DNA of 64,000 bases from Octopus sinensis (taxonomy: Eukaryota): assembly GCF_006345805.1 (NCBI RefSeq), contig NC_043001.1, positions 64,790,001-64,854,000 on the forward strand, written 5' to 3'. The notes under the pieces are model-generated. The model saw only the letters and a program-made list of their open reading frames with translations, ran no database searches and had not been told where the DNA came from. Of this stretch, positions 61,365 to 64,000 are shown one piece after another (positions within the stretch are counted from its first letter, which is position 1; each line of letters starts with the position of its first letter). The translations under genes were made by a program, and so were the position numbers.

Positions 61365-64000
61365 GACAATTGCATTTGCATGGATGATGGTTCACTTGCA
61401 GTTAGTGATTCTGCAAAGAAAGAGGCTTGGAAGCGCTACTTTCAAAGGCTACTAAATGTGGAGAACACATGAGAGAAGGAGGGTCTGCCCAATTTGGACA
61501 CAACAGAGGGAACAGCTATCCAAATAGACAGTAGATTGCTAGATAAAGCCATGAAGGATATGAAGACAGGGAAAGCCCATCAGGAATCACTGCTGAGACA
61601 CTTAAAATATCTGGTGGAGTGGGATACGGTCTAGTCACCTATATAGTTAATCAGTTGTCCACAAGGGAGTTATACCCAATGACTGGTGTAACTACAAAAG
61701 TAAAGGAGACGCTGCAGACAGAAATATTACAGAAGTATCAAATTGTTGGATGAGGTGATGAAAGTTTCAGAGGGTCATAGCTCTACTAATTAGGAAGAGA
61801 GTTAGTCTAGATAAGACACACTTTGATTTTGTGCCTTGGAGAAGCACTACTGATGCTATATTCCTGGTAAGGCAGCTGCAGCACAAGTACTTAGCCAAAA
61901 ATAAACTTCTGTACCTGGTTTTTCTTGATATGGAGAAAGCCTTTGACAAGGTCCTCCACTCCATTATCTGGTGGTCAATGTAGAAGCTAGGGATAGATGA
62001 GTGGTTGTTAAGAGCCATACAAGCCATGCACAGGGATGATGTCAGGAACAAGTATATCAATGAATTCGGTGTACAGGTTGAAGTTTGCCAGAGAGTGGTT
62101 CTCAGCTTCCTCTTGTTCATCATAGTCCCCAGACTGTAACAAAGGAATTTAAGATGGGCTACCTTTGGGGGCTCCCCTATGCTAATGATCCTGCTCTTAT
62201 AGCTGAATCACAACTAGAATTAGAGGAGAAATTTCAGGTGTAGAAGCAAGGTCTGGAATAAAATCAAATTTTAGGTGTAGAAACAAGGTCTGGAATAAAA
62301 TCAAAGTCTTAGTAAATAGGAAGACTGACAAATCACTAATCCCTTCAGGGAGATGTTCCTGCTCAATATGTAGAGGTGTACCCAGTGCAAACTATGGACA
62401 CATAAGTCATGCAGCAGTATCAGAGGAAGGTTAACAAAGAAAGCAGTCTTTGTATTTGGCAGATGTGGCACTAGGAATGTACAAAGAATAGACTTCATGA
62501 AATTACCCAGTGGAATATTTAGAAGTAGTAGATAGCTTCCATTACCTTATTGACCAAGGATGTACCTGCCAAAATGTCTTGCAAACAACTTGCACATGCA
62601 AGTGCTACCAGTCAAAAACTCCGCATACCGGAAGCCAGCAAGTGTATGGGGTCATCAGGAGAGAATGCGCGCCATTTTGGGGCCTACCTCTTGATGGCAT
62701 CAATGCACACCGGCCCCCATCACTGATATGAGGCCCTGCTTGCTAGATCAACTGGTTATCAAACAAAGCTCAATATTCTTCTAGCCATCGCTCATCGTCT
62801 CTTTTTAACCAAATCCAGTGGCTAGCCTAGTTTGGATATCGGTCATGGTTTACGATGAGTTAGGCCTAACGATAACAACAGTTGTCGCACAGTGTCCAAC
62901 AAACCCTCTACATCCAACTTCGATTGGAAAATGCTCTGCTTTCCAGCCTGTATCTTCACATTCCTTGTGGAGGTTTACATAACAGTCAATCTTTCAAGCC
63001 TGGGCAGCGTCCATGTTATCTTCATGAGGAACCGTTAACTTGACTAGATTTACAACTTTCCTTCTTTCATACCACACCAAAATGTCTAGTTTTTTCGTAA
63101 CTGGGATGGGAAAGAATCCCTGGCACCCAGGTAAATCTGCAGTCACTTCTCAATAGCCATTCCACTTTTTGTCTCTCACAGGAAGTTTCTTGTTCTTCTT
63201 CTTGAAACGGATCCACTGACCTGATCGCACGAAGGTAACGAAATCTCTAGATGGTACTTTCAACGGTTTTTTTCTCAGTGTTGTTGAGATGAATTTGGTT
63301 CTTTATAGCATTGAAGATAACCTTAAGGACTAAGTTGTGTCTCCATGTATACCTGTTCAATGCTAATGAACAGTTGGAAAGAATATGTTTCAGTATTGCA
63401 ACCTTTCCACATTGGCATATGCCATTCTCTGTAGATAGCTTCCTTTACCTAGGTGACCAAGGATGTACCTGCCAAAATAAGAATGGGCTGGGCGAAGTTC
63501 GGAGAGCTGCTACCTTTGTTGGTAACAAAGGGCTTCTCATTCAGAGTGAAAGGTGGATTTTATGATGCCCATGTGTGAACAGCCATGCTACATGGTAGTG
63601 AAACATGGGCTTTAGCTGCAGAGGACATGTGAAGGCTCAAAAGAAATGAAGCTAGTACACTCTGCTGGATGTGCACATACCACAGAGGAGTGTAAGTGTC
63701 TGAAGAAGAAAATTGGGTATAAGTAGCATCAGACAGAGTGTAAGAGAGAAGACTGCACTGGTATGGTCATGTAATGCATATGGATGAGGACAGCTGCATA
63801 AAGAAGTGCTGATCTCTAAGTGTGGAAGGAGACTCAGGAAGACATGGGATGAGGTGGTAAAATATGATCTTTGGATGTTGAGCCTCATGCAGGTGATGAC
63901 AAGTGACCAAGACTTTTGGGGAGTTGCTATGCTTCAAAAGTTACATCAAGCTAAGTGAAATCATAATCATGGCCAGTGTTGGTGACAAGTAAAAGGCATC
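61365..64000 (+). mobile_element. Degenerate RTE LINE interrupted by a HERO-like fragment
   Basis: KKEAWKRYFQRLLN, DMEKAFDKV, VVDSFHYL, HGSETWAL and RKTWDEVV remnants. Confidence 0.8.
62576..63430 (-). mobile_element. HERO/NeSL-like LINE 3' fragment (CCHC plus restriction-like endonuclease)
   Basis: LKHILSNCSLALNRYTWRHNLVL...KLDILVW...VKLTVPHEDN...GWKAEHFPIEVGCRG. Flanked by a 48-bp duplication. Confidence 0.85.

Noticed and set aside
62620-62665. CTGATGA on the minus strand followed by a small stem, as a hammerhead
   Set aside because: No GAAA follows the stem, and no stem I or III can be drawn.

Overview
AT-rich eukaryotic genomic DNA that is almost entirely transposon-derived. The SINE and RTE repeat families look like those I recall from octopod cephalopods; this is an inference and the species is not proven. 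One host gene is recognisable: the 3' end of UMPS (orotidine-5'-phosphate decarboxylase domain) on the minus strand. It has three exons (58007-58091, 57812-57910, 43210-43397) and a 14.4-kb last intron. The rest is remnants of hAT, mariner, piggyBac, Chapaev-like and Helentron-like DNA elements, RTE, CR1, Tx1/L1, HERO-like, R4-like and Penelope-like retroelements, tRNA-derived SINEs, a ~200-bp satellite, telomere-like tracts and a ~2.9-kb (TATG/TAGG)n microsatellite. The most notable result is a set of self-cleaving ribozyme motifs read directly from the sequence, inside UMPS intronic or probable-intronic DNA. These are: a nearly intact type I hammerhead in a 449-bp, 1.35-unit retrozyme-like repeat; two decayed hammerheads in the terminal repeats of an RT-less Penelope-like element; a hammerhead inside a tRNA-headed SINE; and two tandem twister remnants at the 5' end of an RTE LINE. 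No activity can be shown from sequence alone.
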